Source: Bdellovibrionales bacterium (GTDB lineage: Bacteria; Bdellovibrionota; Bdellovibrionia; Bdellovibrionales; DASUEL01). Taken from it: a DNA stretch of 64,000 nucleotides. Under the pieces are notes generated by a model. It ran no database searches. It had not been told where the DNA came from and saw only the letters and a program-made list of their open reading frames with translations. Of this stretch, positions 36,718 through 47,007 are shown piece after piece; positions within the stretch are counted from its first letter, which is position 1, and the number at the start of each line of letters is the position of its first letter. The stretch covers positions 1 to 64,000 of the forward strand of contig JBFWOZ010000008.1 of NCBI GenBank assembly GCA_050250255.1, in the 5' to 3' direction. A program made the translations under genes and the position numbers.

Positions 36718-38409
36718 CTACAACTTCTTACGAAGTTCCTCAAGCTTAGCACGAGTCTCTTTCATGTTGGGCCAATTCACATCCGTGCGGGCGAGATACT
36801 GATCCAGAAGTAACTTCGCCTCTTCTTTTTTGCTCGCGCCTATATAGGCTTTTGCCAAGAGCTCGGCCACCCAAAATTCATTTCGTTCGTAAGAATTTTT
36901 AATCGCTTTCTTTCCGAGAGGTATGGCCTCTCCAAATTTCTTAAGCTCAACCAAGACTCGGAGGCGACGACGCTGAACATCTCCGTCATTCGGGTTACGC
37001 CTTAAGAGGTCCATTGCGAGTTTGTTGGCTTCTTCAAATAGCTGTGCAGAAGTGAGAATGAAAAGATAACGAACCGCCGGCCCACTCTGACGAGCGGTGA
37101 TTTTTAAAGAGCGCCCCACATCGGCCGCTTTCTTCCAAGCCTCTTTCGCATCCATGCCTGCAGAATCTATTAAATCCGCACGAAGCATGGCGATCAGCAA
37201 AGTTTCGTATCCCGTAAATTCTCCAACGATGTCCCCAGCGAGCACCGTTTTTCTTTTTTCTGGGCTTGCAAGGAGCTCATCCGCGAACGCAACACCTTCA
37301 GCGGCGACCACTTCTTTTTCTTTTTTATCGCTGAGCTCACCGACGAGTCTTGTTCTCCAATCCAAAGAACGAAAACTCTTTGGATCAACGGCTATCGCCT
37401 CTTTTAAAGTTTTTATGTAACGCGACTGAAGAGACTTATCGTTTTTATAGTCAACAGCTACAGATTCGACTTTCGCCGTCCAATACTCTAATGGCTTCGC
37501 CGTCCAATACTCTAATGGCTTCGCCGATAAACGATCAAAAACTTTTAATGCCTCATGAAACTGATTGGCCACAACGAGTCGTTGTCCCAAAAGAAGCAAT
37601 TTTGATTCGTCAGTTTTTTCAGCTTTCTCAAGCTCCTCTTTAAGAACCTGAATCGGTGTTGAATCTTTCTTGATATCGGCAAAAAAACTTTCGATTCGCG
37701 ATAGGGGTTGGTAATCAACGACGCGATTGATTTCTTGTTGATCTGCATTCAAGACCAAAAGGGTGGGGATCGCTTTCACATGAAACTTATCGGCGATCAC
37801 AATGTTTTCAAAACGATCCATATCAATTTTTACTTTTACATAGTCACGGCCTAGTTTTTTAAAGCGCTCAGATTCGAAAACTTCTTTTTCGAGCCTTACA
37901 CAGCCCGGACACCAACGTGCAGAGAAATCAATGATCACAAGTTTTTTACGCTTCTTGGCTGTCTCTAGTGCCTGAGGCAAATCATCTTCAATAAAACCAT
38001 GGTGATTTACCCGACCGCGATTTTTATGGGTCGATACCTTTTTCGGGGCTGTCGTAGAGCCTGGTGTTGTAGGCACAAAGCCCGCATTCCAACTCGCTTC
38101 GTGAGCCTCACAAAAAGTGTTCGCATCATCACAAATATAAAACGTGCTGCTTGCTACAGACCACATTTCGGGCAGTTCGTAGCGAATCTCGCGTGCCGAA
38201 AAGGAAAGAACTTCGCGCGTTTCGTTTTCGTTAATATGGATTCGGTGAGGAGCCTTTTCATTAAAATGAAAACCTTCCTTCAACTGAGCCACGACCTCCC
38301 GCTCTGTCGCTTCTGAAGAAAATGCTTCTGCACTTCTCTGAGCTGAAGAGGCCGCTTGGACCGATATTGCAAAATAAAAAGAATACATAAATAAAATTAT
38401 TTTTTTCAT
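36718..38409 (-). CDS. Secreted thioredoxin-domain protein with DsbD-N-like region and TPR-like helices
   Basis: Signal peptide; GFHFN...ICDDANTFC; DFSARWCPGC; IPTLL cis-Pro loop; helical repeats. Confidence 0.8.
   Translation of the reverse strand: MKKIILFMYSFYFAISVQAASSAQRSAEAFSSEATEREVVAQLKEGFHFNEKAPHRIHINENETREVLSFSAREIRYELPEMWSVASSTFYICDDANTFCEAHEASWNAGFVPTTPGSTTAPKKVSTHKNRGRVNHHGFIEDDLPQALETAKKRKKLVIIDFSARWCPGCVRLEKEVFESERFKKLGRDYVKVKIDMDRFENIVIADKFHVKAIPTLLVLNADQQEINRVVDYQPLSRIESFFADIKKDSTPIQVLKEELEKAEKTDESKLLLLGQRLVVANQFHEALKVFDRLSAKPLEYWTAKPLEYWTAKVESVAVDYKNDKSLQSRYIKTLKEAIAVDPKSFRSLDWRTRLVGELSDKKEKEVVAAEGVAFADELLASPEKRKTVLAGDIVGEFTGYETLLIAMLRADLIDSAGMDAKEAWKKAADVGRSLKITARQSGPAVRYLFILTSAQLFEEANKLAMDLLRRNPNDGDVQRRRLRVLVELKKFGEAIPLGKKAIKNSYERNEFWVAELLAKAYIGASKKEEAKLLLDQYLARTDVNWPNMKETRAKLEELRKKL
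37472..37526. repeat. Perfect 24-bp tandem duplication inside a CDS
   Basis: ttcgccgtccaatactctaatggc x2 plus ttcgccg; protein reads AKPLEYWT-AKPLEYWT-AK. Confidence 0.95.
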
Positions 38410-38513
38410 GACCACATCATGTCCTTTCTGAGGTCCCACTGGCAAGATCACAACTTCTGCGTCATTGCAGGTGTTATGATTGACACTCTATGTAGCTGAA
38501 ATTTAAATAGATT

Positions 38514-40739
38514 ATGGCTCATTTACCGGTTTTAATTAAAGATCTTGCACTCATCCTCTTTGCCGCGGGGGTGGTGACTCTTTTATTTCGAAAAATGAAG
38601 CAACCCCTTGTTCTTGGCTACATCCTAGCGGGTGTCCTTGTGGGACCAGCTACTTCCCTTTTTCCCACCATCACAGATATCGAAAACATTAAAATTTGGG
38701 CAGAAATTGGCGTGATCTTTTTGCTCTTTGGCCTAGGCCTTGAGTTTAGCTTTAAAAAACTTTTTCGCGTCGGTGGATCAGCTCTCATCACTGCCTTGAT
38801 TGAAATCACTTCGATGCTTCTTCTAGGGTTCTTCTGTGGAAAACTTTTGGGTTGGAGCAATACGGATAGTTTTTTTCTTGCCGGTATTCTTTCTATCGCT
38901 TCAACGACTATCATTATTCGTGCCTTTGATGAACTAGGTGTCAAAAATCAAAAGTTCACCCAAAACGTTTTCGGCGTTCTTGTTATTGAAGATCTCGTCG
39001 CCGTTGTTCTTCTGGTTGCGCTAACAACGATTAGCATCGGCCGACAGGTTGAAGGTCTCGAAATGGTGAGCTCGGTCATTCAGCTCGGCTTCTTTTTAAT
39101 TCTATGGTTTCTTGCAGGAATTTTTCTCATCCCAACTTTCCTCAAAAAAGTGAAATCTCTGATGAGCGAAGAAACACTCATGATTGTTTCCTTAGGTTTA
39201 TGTCTTATGATGGTCATGGTGGCTTCGGGTGCAGGTTTTTCTCCCGCCCTCGGAGCATTTATTATGGGATCTATTTTAGCCGAGACGACCGAGGCCGAAA
39301 AAATTCTTCGTTCTACAGAATCTATTAAGAATTTTTTTGGAGCCGTCTTTTTCGTATCGGTAGGAATGCTCATTGAACCCAAAATGATCATTCATCATTG
39401 GAATCCCGTTTTAGTCATCACTCTCGTGCTACTCGCAGGCAAAGTCGTAAGCGTTGTTACCGGCTCTCTAGTTGCTGGGCAATCTCTTAAACCTTCAATT
39501 CAGACTGGTATGAGTCTCGCTCAAATAGGAGAATTCTCTTTTATCATTGCAAGCCTTGGACTTACTCTCGGAGTTACGAGTGATTTTCTTTACCCCATCA
39601 CGGTCGCGGTTTCTGCGATCACAACCTTTACGACGCCCTACATGGTTCGTTTTTCTGAACCAACTTTCCAGTGGGTGTCGAAAAAAATGCCTCCCACTTG
39701 GAAAGAGCAACTAGAAAGTTACTCTGTGGGTGCCCAAACAATTTCTGCTGCGGACGACTGGAAGCTTCTTCTCAGATCCTACACCTGGAGAGTTATCGGA
39801 AACTCTGTCATCGTCATCGCGATTTTCTTGCTCTCCATTAACTTTCTACATCCATTTTTCATCGCCCAAATCTCGAGACTTTTTCATGCCTCAGTTCTCA
39901 CGGTGATGACCGCTCTACTTTTTGCCGCCCCTTTCCTCTGGGCGCTAGCGGTTGCAAAGTCTCACCGCAAATCTTTTGAAGTTTTATGGAAACAAAAAAA
40001 ATATCGTGGGCAGATCATTGTTCTCGAACTTTCACGAATTTATATTGCGATCTTGCTTGTGACTTTTTTACTGATTCAATTTTCTTCTTCATCTTGGGCA
40101 GTGGTCACACCACTTCTGGCCATCTCAGCAGGAATGATTTTGTTTCGTCACCGTCTTCAAAAAGTTTATCACCTTCTTGAAAATAAATTTCTTGCAAACC
40201 TGAGGTCCCGCGAAGAGCAGGATGCACAAAGCTCTCCCGTTCTTGCTCCCTGGGATGCACACATTGCCCATTTTCATATCACCCCCAATCTCGCATGCAT
40301 TGGCAAAACATTAGCTGAACTTTCGGTGCGTGAGAATTATGGCGTCACAATCGCACTGATTCAACGAGGGCAAGAAAGGATCACCGCTCCTGGGCGTGAT
40401 GTTCAACTGTTTCCTCATGATCGTGTCGCGGTGATTGGCAACGACGAGCAGCTGGATAAATTCAAACAGCTCGTCACACCACCTGTTTTCTCTGCCTCAG
40501 ACGAGATAGAAGTTTCAGATTATTCTCTTCATAAAGTTATTTTACCAAGGAGCTCCCCTTATATTGCCAAATCCATTCGTGAATCGGGCCTTCGCGAAGC
40601 AACCCAGGGTTTAGTCGTAGGGATCGAACGCAAAGGGCAAAGAATTTTAAATCCTGACTCCAATATTCAATTTGAACCTGACGATCTCATCTGGATTGTG
40701 GGAGATGCAAAACGCATTCGCAAACTTGGAACAGCTTAA
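38514..40739 (+). CDS. CPA2 family cation:proton antiporter with two TrkA-C (RCK_C) domains
   Basis: KQPLVLGYILAG, LFGLGLEFS, GVLVIEDL, ALGAFIMG, AQIGEFSF; C-terminal GKTLAEL..R and GIER..RILNP. Confidence 0.93.
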   Translation: MAHLPVLIKDLALILFAAGVVTLLFRKMKQPLVLGYILAGVLVGPATSLFPTITDIENIKIWAEIGVIFLLFGLGLEFSFKKLFRVGGSALITALIEITSMLLLGFFCGKLLGWSNTDSFFLAGILSIASTTIIIRAFDELGVKNQKFTQNVFGVLVIEDLVAVVLLVALTTISIGRQVEGLEMVSSVIQLGFFLILWFLAGIFLIPTFLKKVKSLMSEETLMIVSLGLCLMMVMVASGAGFSPALGAFIMGSILAETTEAEKILRSTESIKNFFGAVFFVSVGMLIEPKMIIHHWNPVLVITLVLLAGKVVSVVTGSLVAGQSLKPSIQTGMSLAQIGEFSFIIASLGLTLGVTSDFLYPITVAVSAITTFTTPYMVRFSEPTFQWVSKKMPPTWKEQLESYSVGAQTISAADDWKLLLRSYTWRVIGNSVIVIAIFLLSINFLHPFFIAQISRLFHASVLTVMTALLFAAPFLWALAVAKSHRKSFEVLWKQKKYRGQIIVLELSRIYIAILLVTFLLIQFSSSSWAVVTPLLAISAGMILFRHRLQKVYHLLENKFLANLRSREEQDAQSSPVLAPWDAHIAHFHITPNLACIGKTLAELSVRENYGVTIALIQRGQERITAPGRDVQLFPHDRVAVIGNDEQLDKFKQLVTPPVFSASDEIEVSDYSLHKVILPRSSPYIAKSIRESGLREATQGLVVGIERKGQRILNPDSNIQFEPDDLIWIVGDAKRIRKLGTA

Positions 40740-41260
40740 TGGAATTTCAAATTGACCTTGCTAAAATCAGTGATTCCGCAGAGCTCAATCGTCTCGTTAA
40801 TAGCGCCTACCGCGGAGATTCTTCAAGAAAAGGTTGGACCACGGAAGCCGATCTTCTCGATGGAATACGGATCGATGAAGAGCGATTGAAAGAGCTCGCA
40901 CAAAAGACCAACTCCTATCTTCTTCTCTTACGAAACTCCCAACACGAAATCGTGGCCTGTGTCCATTTAGAAGAAAAAGGTTCTTCGCTCTACCTCGGGA
41001 TGCTCACCGTAGATCCTAAGATTCAGAATCAGGGTCTCGGAAAAATCCTACTAAAAGCCGCAGAGGAAAAGGCTCGTGAATTTAAACTCAAATCTGTTTT
41101 TATGACCGTGATTTCGGAACGAAAAGAATTGATCGACTGGTACGTCCGTCACGGATACCACAAAACAGGAAAGACTGAACCATTCCCTACGAATGATCCT
41201 CGATTTGGTCTCCCAAAAAAGCCACTAGAGTTTTTAGTACTCGAAAAACTTCTCACTTAA
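40739..41260 (+). CDS. GNAT family N-acetyltransferase
   Basis: VNSAYRG...GWTTEA, YLGMLTVDP.IQNQGLG, WY.RHGY. Confidence 0.92.
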   Translation: MEFQIDLAKISDSAELNRLVNSAYRGDSSRKGWTTEADLLDGIRIDEERLKELAQKTNSYLLLLRNSQHEIVACVHLEEKGSSLYLGMLTVDPKIQNQGLGKILLKAAEEKAREFKLKSVFMTVISERKELIDWYVRHGYHKTGKTEPFPTNDPRFGLPKKPLEFLVLEKLLT

Positions 41261-41308
41261 GTAACAGCTAAAGGCAGCACTTTGGCAGTAAAACAATCAC
41301 AAATGGTG

Positions 41309-42478
41309 TTAGCTAAGAGCTTGATCCAAATCCCGAATCAGATCTTCGGAATCTTCAATTCCAATGGACAGACGAAAGGTGCCATCAAAGAGCTGAGCTT
41401 GTTTTAGTTGCTCTTCGTTAAGATCCACTCCAAAGAATCGTTTTGCTGGAGCAATCAACGATTCGGTAGAACCAAGGCTTCCCGCTAAAACAAATTGTTT
41501 AAGTCTATTAATAAAACTCGGGAGTTTTTCTGCAGATTGTAATTCAGCTGTTACGATCGTTCCAAACTCCTTCATCTGTTCGCGCACAAGCGCATGGTGA
41601 GGGTGAGACGCCAAGCCCGGGTAAGAAACCTTTTTAATCATGGAATGTTTTTCTAAAAAGCTCGCCACCTTAAAAGCGTTTTCGCACTGACGTTCATACC
41701 GAAGGTGGTAGGTCTTCATTCCGCGAAGAAGCAAATAAGCCGCATGCGGATCAAGGGTTGCCCCCACATTCCAAACAATCGGTTTAATGAGCTGTAAAAG
41801 CTTTTCGCTAGTGATGATTGCACCACCCATCACATCGCCATGTCCCGATGCATACTTGGTCAGGCTATGAATGTAGATATCCACATCATACTGGCCATGT
41901 TGATGAAAACCCGCCAACGTATTATCGAGTAAGGTGAGCACACCCTGCGCTCGAGCTGTCGCCGTCAGCGCTTTTAAATTAAAGACAGAAAGACTGGGAT
42001 TGGTGGGCGTCTCAAAAATAACGAGTCGCGTTTTCCCTTTTTGAATGTGCTTTTCAAGATGGTAAGCCTCCCGAACCGATAGCAAAGTATGGGTCACACC
42101 ATATTTTGCTAGCAAATCGCGAATCAAATAGCGAGTCGGCATATAGGACTCGGTAAAGAGAATGACGTGATCATCTTTTTTCAAAAGGGCGATCAACGGA
42201 AGGGAAATCGAAGCCACTCCGGTGCTGACGCAAATTGCATCGTCCCGCCCTTGAAGCTCTGCTAATTGTTTTTCTAATTGTCTCACCGTAGGATTTGAAA
42301 TCCGGGAATAAAAAAAGCCCGTCATTTGATTAGCAACGAGCGATTCGTAGGATTCAAAACTGTATTTTACGCTTTGGTAAATCGGAGCCACCAAAGGTTC
42401 ATTCCCCTTTTGGAGATTCACCTTTGGTGGATGTTGTAACCGAGTATTAAGCCCTAAGCTTTCTTTCTTCTTGTCCAT
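41309..42478 (-). CDS. Cys/Met metabolism PLP-dependent enzyme (trans-sulfuration family)
   Basis: PIYQS, YSRISNPT, ETPTNP, DNT, HSLTKYASGHGD, SLGSTESL, RLSIGIED. Confidence 0.93.
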   Translation of the reverse strand: MDKKKESLGLNTRLQHPPKVNLQKGNEPLVAPIYQSVKYSFESYESLVANQMTGFFYSRISNPTVRQLEKQLAELQGRDDAICVSTGVASISLPLIALLKKDDHVILFTESYMPTRYLIRDLLAKYGVTHTLLSVREAYHLEKHIQKGKTRLVIFETPTNPSLSVFNLKALTATARAQGVLTLLDNTLAGFHQHGQYDVDIYIHSLTKYASGHGDVMGGAIITSEKLLQLIKPIVWNVGATLDPHAAYLLLRGMKTYHLRYERQCENAFKVASFLEKHSMIKKVSYPGLASHPHHALVREQMKEFGTIVTAELQSAEKLPSFINRLKQFVLAGSLGSTESLIAPAKRFFGVDLNEEQLKQAQLFDGTFRLSIGIEDSEDLIRDLDQALS

Positions 42479-42490
42479 AGAAGAACCATA

Positions 42491-43345
42491 TTATTCTTCT
42501 TCGTGGAAATTGTAAGAATTAATTAAACTTTGACCTTTCGCAGGACAACCAGATCCCGCTGGCGGTTCTTCCTGTGTTTGACAGTTCGGGCTAGTACTTG
42601 GACACTTTACGCGCACATGCATGTGATCTTGATGATTGGTAATTGGGCGTAATCGTCGAAGAGTTTCTGTCGAACGTGATGCCATAGCACCTTTTGGAAG
42701 TTGAGCGGCGTACCGACACAAAGCTTCTTTAATCACAGAATCTGTGAAGATTCGTCCCACCTGACCGGTGGCCACAAGAGCGTCTATGAAGTGATAGTTT
42801 CTGACCACATCGAAATTGGGAGTTATTTTTCCAGTTTTTACAAACACTTCATCAAACCCGCCAAAGCCTTCTGGATTCATTTCTCGACGATTTACTCTAT
42901 AGTAAGCCAAGTCTGCATCGAGTCCATTTTGATGGCTAGCATGTCGACTTAATTGCCCCCCATTAGAGTCTGACGTGTCCCCGATTTGCACACGTTCAGA
43001 GTCAGGATATCCTTCTTTTAATTCGGCGGCAGCCTCCGTAAGTACCCAATACAGCAAATCGGTCACGTAACCGCGATCACGAGTACGAAATACTTTGATA
43101 AATCCAAATCCGTCCAGCGGAAGATTATAAGAATTGATTAAACTTCCGCTGGCATAAAATCCTACTGCCTGAGGAAGCGAATCTTTAGGCATATCCTCTG
43201 GAAGTTTGCCAGGATCAGCTGGCGGTAGATCTTTTACGAGCTCCCCTCGCTGTCCGCTGACTTCACTGTTACTTTCGTCCGTTTTTGCACAACCGACGGT
43301 TCCCAACAAACTGCAAATCAACATCAACTGCACGACTTTAGGCAT
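42491..43345 (-). CDS. mepA: Penicillin-insensitive murein endopeptidase (MepA-like) lipoprotein
   Basis: Lipobox TVGC; GFYASGSL, IGD.S...GG, HASHQNGLDAD, HQDHMHVRVKCP. Confidence 0.88.
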   Translation of the reverse strand: MPKVVQLMLICSLLGTVGCAKTDESNSEVSGQRGELVKDLPPADPGKLPEDMPKDSLPQAVGFYASGSLINSYNLPLDGFGFIKVFRTRDRGYVTDLLYWVLTEAAAELKEGYPDSERVQIGDTSDSNGGQLSRHASHQNGLDADLAYYRVNRREMNPEGFGGFDEVFVKTGKITPNFDVVRNYHFIDALVATGQVGRIFTDSVIKEALCRYAAQLPKGAMASRSTETLRRLRPITNHQDHMHVRVKCPSTSPNCQTQEEPPAGSGCPAKGQSLINSYNFHEEE

Positions 43346-43551
43346 GGGCGTGTCCCCCTTTTCTCATTTGTTTTTTGTCTTTCATCCATCTTAGATGCTC
43401 AGTGGACAAAAGTGGGTAATCGGCGCCGAAAATCCATTCTTACGTCCAGCAAGCTTCGTAAAACCTAGACTTAAATCTCAGCAGTTCTCGTTGACCGTTT
43501 TTTTCTCGTGATTCATCTTTGTAAGAGGGAAGATAAAGGGAAGAGGGAAAT

Positions 43552-44424
43552 ATGTTTTCAAAAAATGTTTTAATCGTAATTTTATTATTATCCATGGCTG
43601 TCTCAGGCTGTTCATTAAAAAGAAAAAGACATGCGCGAAATCAGGTCGAGCACGTCATGCCGACTGCGGCTGAACAATTAGATGAGCGATTGATTCCACC
43701 GCCCACAGAAGAAGTCACGACTCATACCCATGCGACGGAAGAAGTCGTCGCGGTTGAAACCGCAACGCCTGCTACAGAATTACCTGCGGTGAAAGCACAA
43801 GCGTCCGCAGCGGAACACCATACTCGACCCGCTTCTGTTTCAGCGGCAAAAGCAACAAAATGGCTGAAGAACGGAAATATTCGTTATTTAAAATCTTATT
43901 TTCGAAAAGATGGCAAGACCGGAAAAGATCGCGAGCGTCTTTATAAAGGACAACACCCTCATACGATTGTTCTTTCTTGCTCAGATTCACGCGTGCCTCC
44001 GGAACTTGTGTTTGATCAATCACTTGGTGAAGTGTTCGTGATCCGTGTCGCCGGCGAAGCCCTCGACTCTTCGGTTGTCGCAAGTATCGAATATGCGGTT
44101 GAACATTTAGGAACAAATAATATTTTGGTGATGGGCCATACAAAATGTGGAGCAGTTGACGCCGCCATGAAAACTCCTCCAGGGAAAACTGCGGGTTCTG
44201 CGGATCTAGATCAGCTCCTTTCAGACATTCGCCCTCGGGTAGCACGCTTGTCGCGTGATACAGCCTCACACGATCTTTACCGAGAATCCTTTGAGAACGC
44301 AAAGGGCGTGGGTCACGATCTTCTCAAGCGTTCTGCGATTATTCGTAGTCGCGTGAATCAAGGAGAAGTGAAAGTCTCTTCTGCCATTTACAACATCACT
44401 ACTGGCATCGTGGATTTCGAATAA
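43552..44424 (+). CDS. Beta-class carbonic anhydrase, lipoprotein
   Basis: Lipobox VSGC; CSDSRVPPE, RVAG, SIEYAV, GHTKCGAV. Confidence 0.94.
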   Translation: MFSKNVLIVILLLSMAVSGCSLKRKRHARNQVEHVMPTAAEQLDERLIPPPTEEVTTHTHATEEVVAVETATPATELPAVKAQASAAEHHTRPASVSAAKATKWLKNGNIRYLKSYFRKDGKTGKDRERLYKGQHPHTIVLSCSDSRVPPELVFDQSLGEVFVIRVAGEALDSSVVASIEYAVEHLGTNNILVMGHTKCGAVDAAMKTPPGKTAGSADLDQLLSDIRPRVARLSRDTASHDLYRESFENAKGVGHDLLKRSAIIRSRVNQGEVKVSSAIYNITTGIVDFE

Positions 44425-44429
44425 CTTGC

Positions 44430-45101
44430 GTGTCTGACTTAGAGTGTGTTGAATACATTCATTCTCACCAACCAAAAGCCAACATCGTTTTCTTCCATGG
44501 ATACGGAGCCGACATGAACGATCTGGCTCCCCTCGCCGGAGTCATTGATCCAAAGGGAGAATACAATTGGTATTTCCCTAACGGTTCACTTGATGTCCCT
44601 ATCGGGCCGGGCTTTTTTGGGAAAGCTTGGTTTAATATCAACATTGCTGAGTTTGATGAGGCTGTACGCACTGGACGACATAGAGATATGTCAGCACGAA
44701 GACCTAAGGGACTGGATGAGGCATTCCAACTCGCCTCTACTTTTTTAGATAGCCGAAAACTGAGTAATGCACCTTTGATCTTAGGGGGTTTCAGCCAAGG
44801 GGCTATGCTCGCAACCGAAATCACTTTGATGATGAAAGAGACGCCGAAGGCTTTAGTCATTTTATCCGGCGCTCTACTGGATGCAAAAAACTGGAAGTCA
44901 AAAATGGCCGCAAAAAAAGGAATGAAGTTTTTTGCGTCTCACGGCACTAACGATCCTATTTTAAGTTATGAAGGTGCACAGGATCTTGTAAAAGCTTTGA
45001 CGGAAAGCGGTTGGGATGGGCATCTGGAAACATTTCGTGGAGGACACGAAATCCCCCAAAACGTTTTGCAAAATTTAGTTTATTTCTTAAGAGGTCTTTA
45101 G
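44430..45101 (+). CDS. Phospholipase/carboxylesterase (alpha/beta hydrolase)
   Basis: FHGYG, GFSQGA, HGTNDP, GGHEIP. Confidence 0.92.
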   Translation: MSDLECVEYIHSHQPKANIVFFHGYGADMNDLAPLAGVIDPKGEYNWYFPNGSLDVPIGPGFFGKAWFNINIAEFDEAVRTGRHRDMSARRPKGLDEAFQLASTFLDSRKLSNAPLILGGFSQGAMLATEITLMMKETPKALVILSGALLDAKNWKSKMAAKKGMKFFASHGTNDPILSYEGAQDLVKALTESGWDGHLETFRGGHEIPQNVLQNLVYFLRGL

Positions 45102-45752
45102 TTTCTTTTGCTCCGCACGAGCTTTCAACCACGTAAAAACCATAGGTAGCATCGACACGATAATGATTCCGAAGATCACGATGTGGAAATTTCTTTTCAC
45201 TTCAGGAATATTTCCAAACATGTATCCCGCGACAAGAAAAATCCCGACCCACAACACGGCACCAATAATGTTGTACACGAGGAATCTCGTGTAGTTCATG
45301 CGCGCCACTCCCGCCACGAAAGGCGAAAAGGTACGAACGATTGGCATGAAGCGAGTGACGATAATCGTGAGGGCTCCGTGCTTGTCATAGAATTTTTGAG
45401 TTTTAAGAAGATGTTGCTTATTTAAAAGCCAAGTAGATTTTCTTTCAAACACTTTGGGACCAAGCCATTTTCCAATAGCATAATTCACCGTATTGCCAAG
45501 GACACCAGCAACTACGAGGAGCACAAACATGAGGGGAAGGCTTAACTCACTTCCCTCGAGCGTGATCACAGCACCTACTGCGAATAGCAGCGAATCTCCA
45601 GGGAGAAAGGGTGTAACGACCAGGCCCGTTTCTGCAAATATAATTAGGAATAAAATGAGGTAGGTCCACAGGCCAAAATAAAGCGTGAGTTTTACGAGGT
45701 GAACATCAAGATGCAACATTACGTCGATAAAATAAAGTAGGTAATCCATCAT
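45087..45752 (-). CDS. DedA family membrane protein
   Basis: FAETGLVVTPFLPGDSLLF, RFMPIVRTFSPFVAG; start set at ATG 45752. Confidence 0.95.
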   Translation of the reverse strand: MMDYLLYFIDVMLHLDVHLVKLTLYFGLWTYLILFLIIFAETGLVVTPFLPGDSLLFAVGAVITLEGSELSLPLMFVLLVVAGVLGNTVNYAIGKWLGPKVFERKSTWLLNKQHLLKTQKFYDKHGALTIIVTRFMPIVRTFSPFVAGVARMNYTRFLVYNIIGAVLWVGIFLVAGYMFGNIPEVKRNFHIVIFGIIIVSMLPMVFTWLKARAEQKKLKTS

Positions 45753-45839
45753 GGACTTATCATCGTCGCGTACCTGAGAAGTTGCAAATAAAATATTTGG
45801 TAAGTTGACATGTCTGTAGAGAAATAACAGCCTCATAAT

Positions 45840-46160
45840 ATGAAGATATTAACTTGGCTGATGTTTACATGCTTGGTAGCACAATCCGAAGTTGATAAAG
45901 TATTTGTTGGTACATTCTCTAAAATTGAGTGGGGCGATTACAACCATATTGTTCTTATAGATAAAGCTGGCAAAAACGTGAGTTTTTGGTGTGGCATGAT
46001 GCAGGGGCAAGCACTCAATTGTAATGAAATCGAATCGCATTCAAATAAATATGCCGGAAAGAAAATGAAAATAACTTATAAAACCATTAAAAGTTATGTA
46101 CCAGAAGCTAAAGAAAATATCACAAAACAAGAAACTACTAAAATAGAACTTCTTAAGTAA
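45840..46160 (+). CDS. Small AT-rich secreted hypothetical protein
   Basis: Short signal-like N-terminus; GTFSKIEWGDYNH; two Cys. Confidence 0.6.
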   Translation: MKILTWLMFTCLVAQSEVDKVFVGTFSKIEWGDYNHIVLIDKAGKNVSFWCGMMQGQALNCNEIESHSNKYAGKKMKITYKTIKSYVPEAKENITKQETTKIELLK

Positions 46161-46203
46161 TTCATTATGCTAAAGCAACCTTGAATGAACCTAAAACGCA
46201 TAA

Positions 46204-47007
46204 TCAATGCGTATGCGTCAGCCGATGGTGCCCCGAACAAAGCGTCGTAAGATTCTCTAAAGCATCATTTCCACCTTTATTACGAGGAATAATGTGATGG
46301 GTGTCGAGCCACCTCCGCTCCTCGCACCTTTGTCCCATTGAGTCGCGGTGAGTGCACTGACCGCGATCTCTCAAAATCACCTGTCGCGCGACAGGGAAAT
46401 TGGCCCGATGCTGTAATTTCTCGGCTTTTCTCACTGGATCTTTTTGCTCTAAGTAGATATTGAGCAAAGCTTCAAGCGTATCTTCAAGACTCGCATGTTT
46501 TTGTTGGCGTTGAGATTCCAACTCTTGGGCTCGTTTGAGTTTTTGATGAAGCTCTTTAGAAATGCCCATTTGCAGGTTGAGTCTTTCTTCACTTACAAAC
46601 TTCACCCGCTCAGGAGTCGACTCTTGAGGGCAAATTGTAGCAACTTGCTGTTCAAGTTTTTTCTGCGGCAGCTCAATGGCCATCTTGAGCCACTCCTCCT
46701 GATTCGTAGGAGTCAAAACCGGCGTGATCTTTCTTGCCTTCGAAACGCTGAGCGTACCTGATTGAATCGCTCGCTTCAGCTCAGGCACTTCCTTGGCTTT
46801 TCTCGCTACGGTGATAAAATTGTAAGCCGTACTTTCACTCAACTTCAACACATTCACCGTATAGTCATAGAGACTTTTGCATTCGAATTTTAAATACACC
46901 CGGCCATCATCGATTTGCTGGAGAACTTCAATCACATCTGATTCCGCCTTTTTGAATCGCCCCGCTACAGCCAAAGCTTTTTGATGAATTTCCATATACT
47001 TCGTCAT
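46204..47007 (-). CDS. HNH endonuclease with DUF222-like helical N-terminal region
   Basis: LRDRGQC..C...DTHHIIPRNKGG...NLTTLCSGHH...H; N-terminal SLYDY..LKLSES..Y; AAAAGGAG RBS. Confidence 0.88.
   Translation of the reverse strand: MTKYMEIHQKALAVAGRFKKAESDVIEVLQQIDDGRVYLKFECKSLYDYTVNVLKLSESTAYNFITVARKAKEVPELKRAIQSGTLSVSKARKITPVLTPTNQEEWLKMAIELPQKKLEQQVATICPQESTPERVKFVSEERLNLQMGISKELHQKLKRAQELESQRQQKHASLEDTLEALLNIYLEQKDPVRKAEKLQHRANFPVARQVILRDRGQCTHRDSMGQRCEERRWLDTHHIIPRNKGGNDALENLTTLCSGHHRLTHTH
46380..46395. repeat. 16-bp palindrome, copy 1 (inside the HNH CDS)
   Basis: CCTGTCGCGCGACAGG, encoding PVARQ. Confidence 0.9.

Noticed and set aside
43772..44302. Long antisense or alternative-frame ORFs (e.g. 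43772-44302, 54712-55212, 55691-56200, 51697-52173, 28789-29238, 22937-23149)
   Set aside because: They are shadows of well-supported genes, with no recognisable motifs or RBS.
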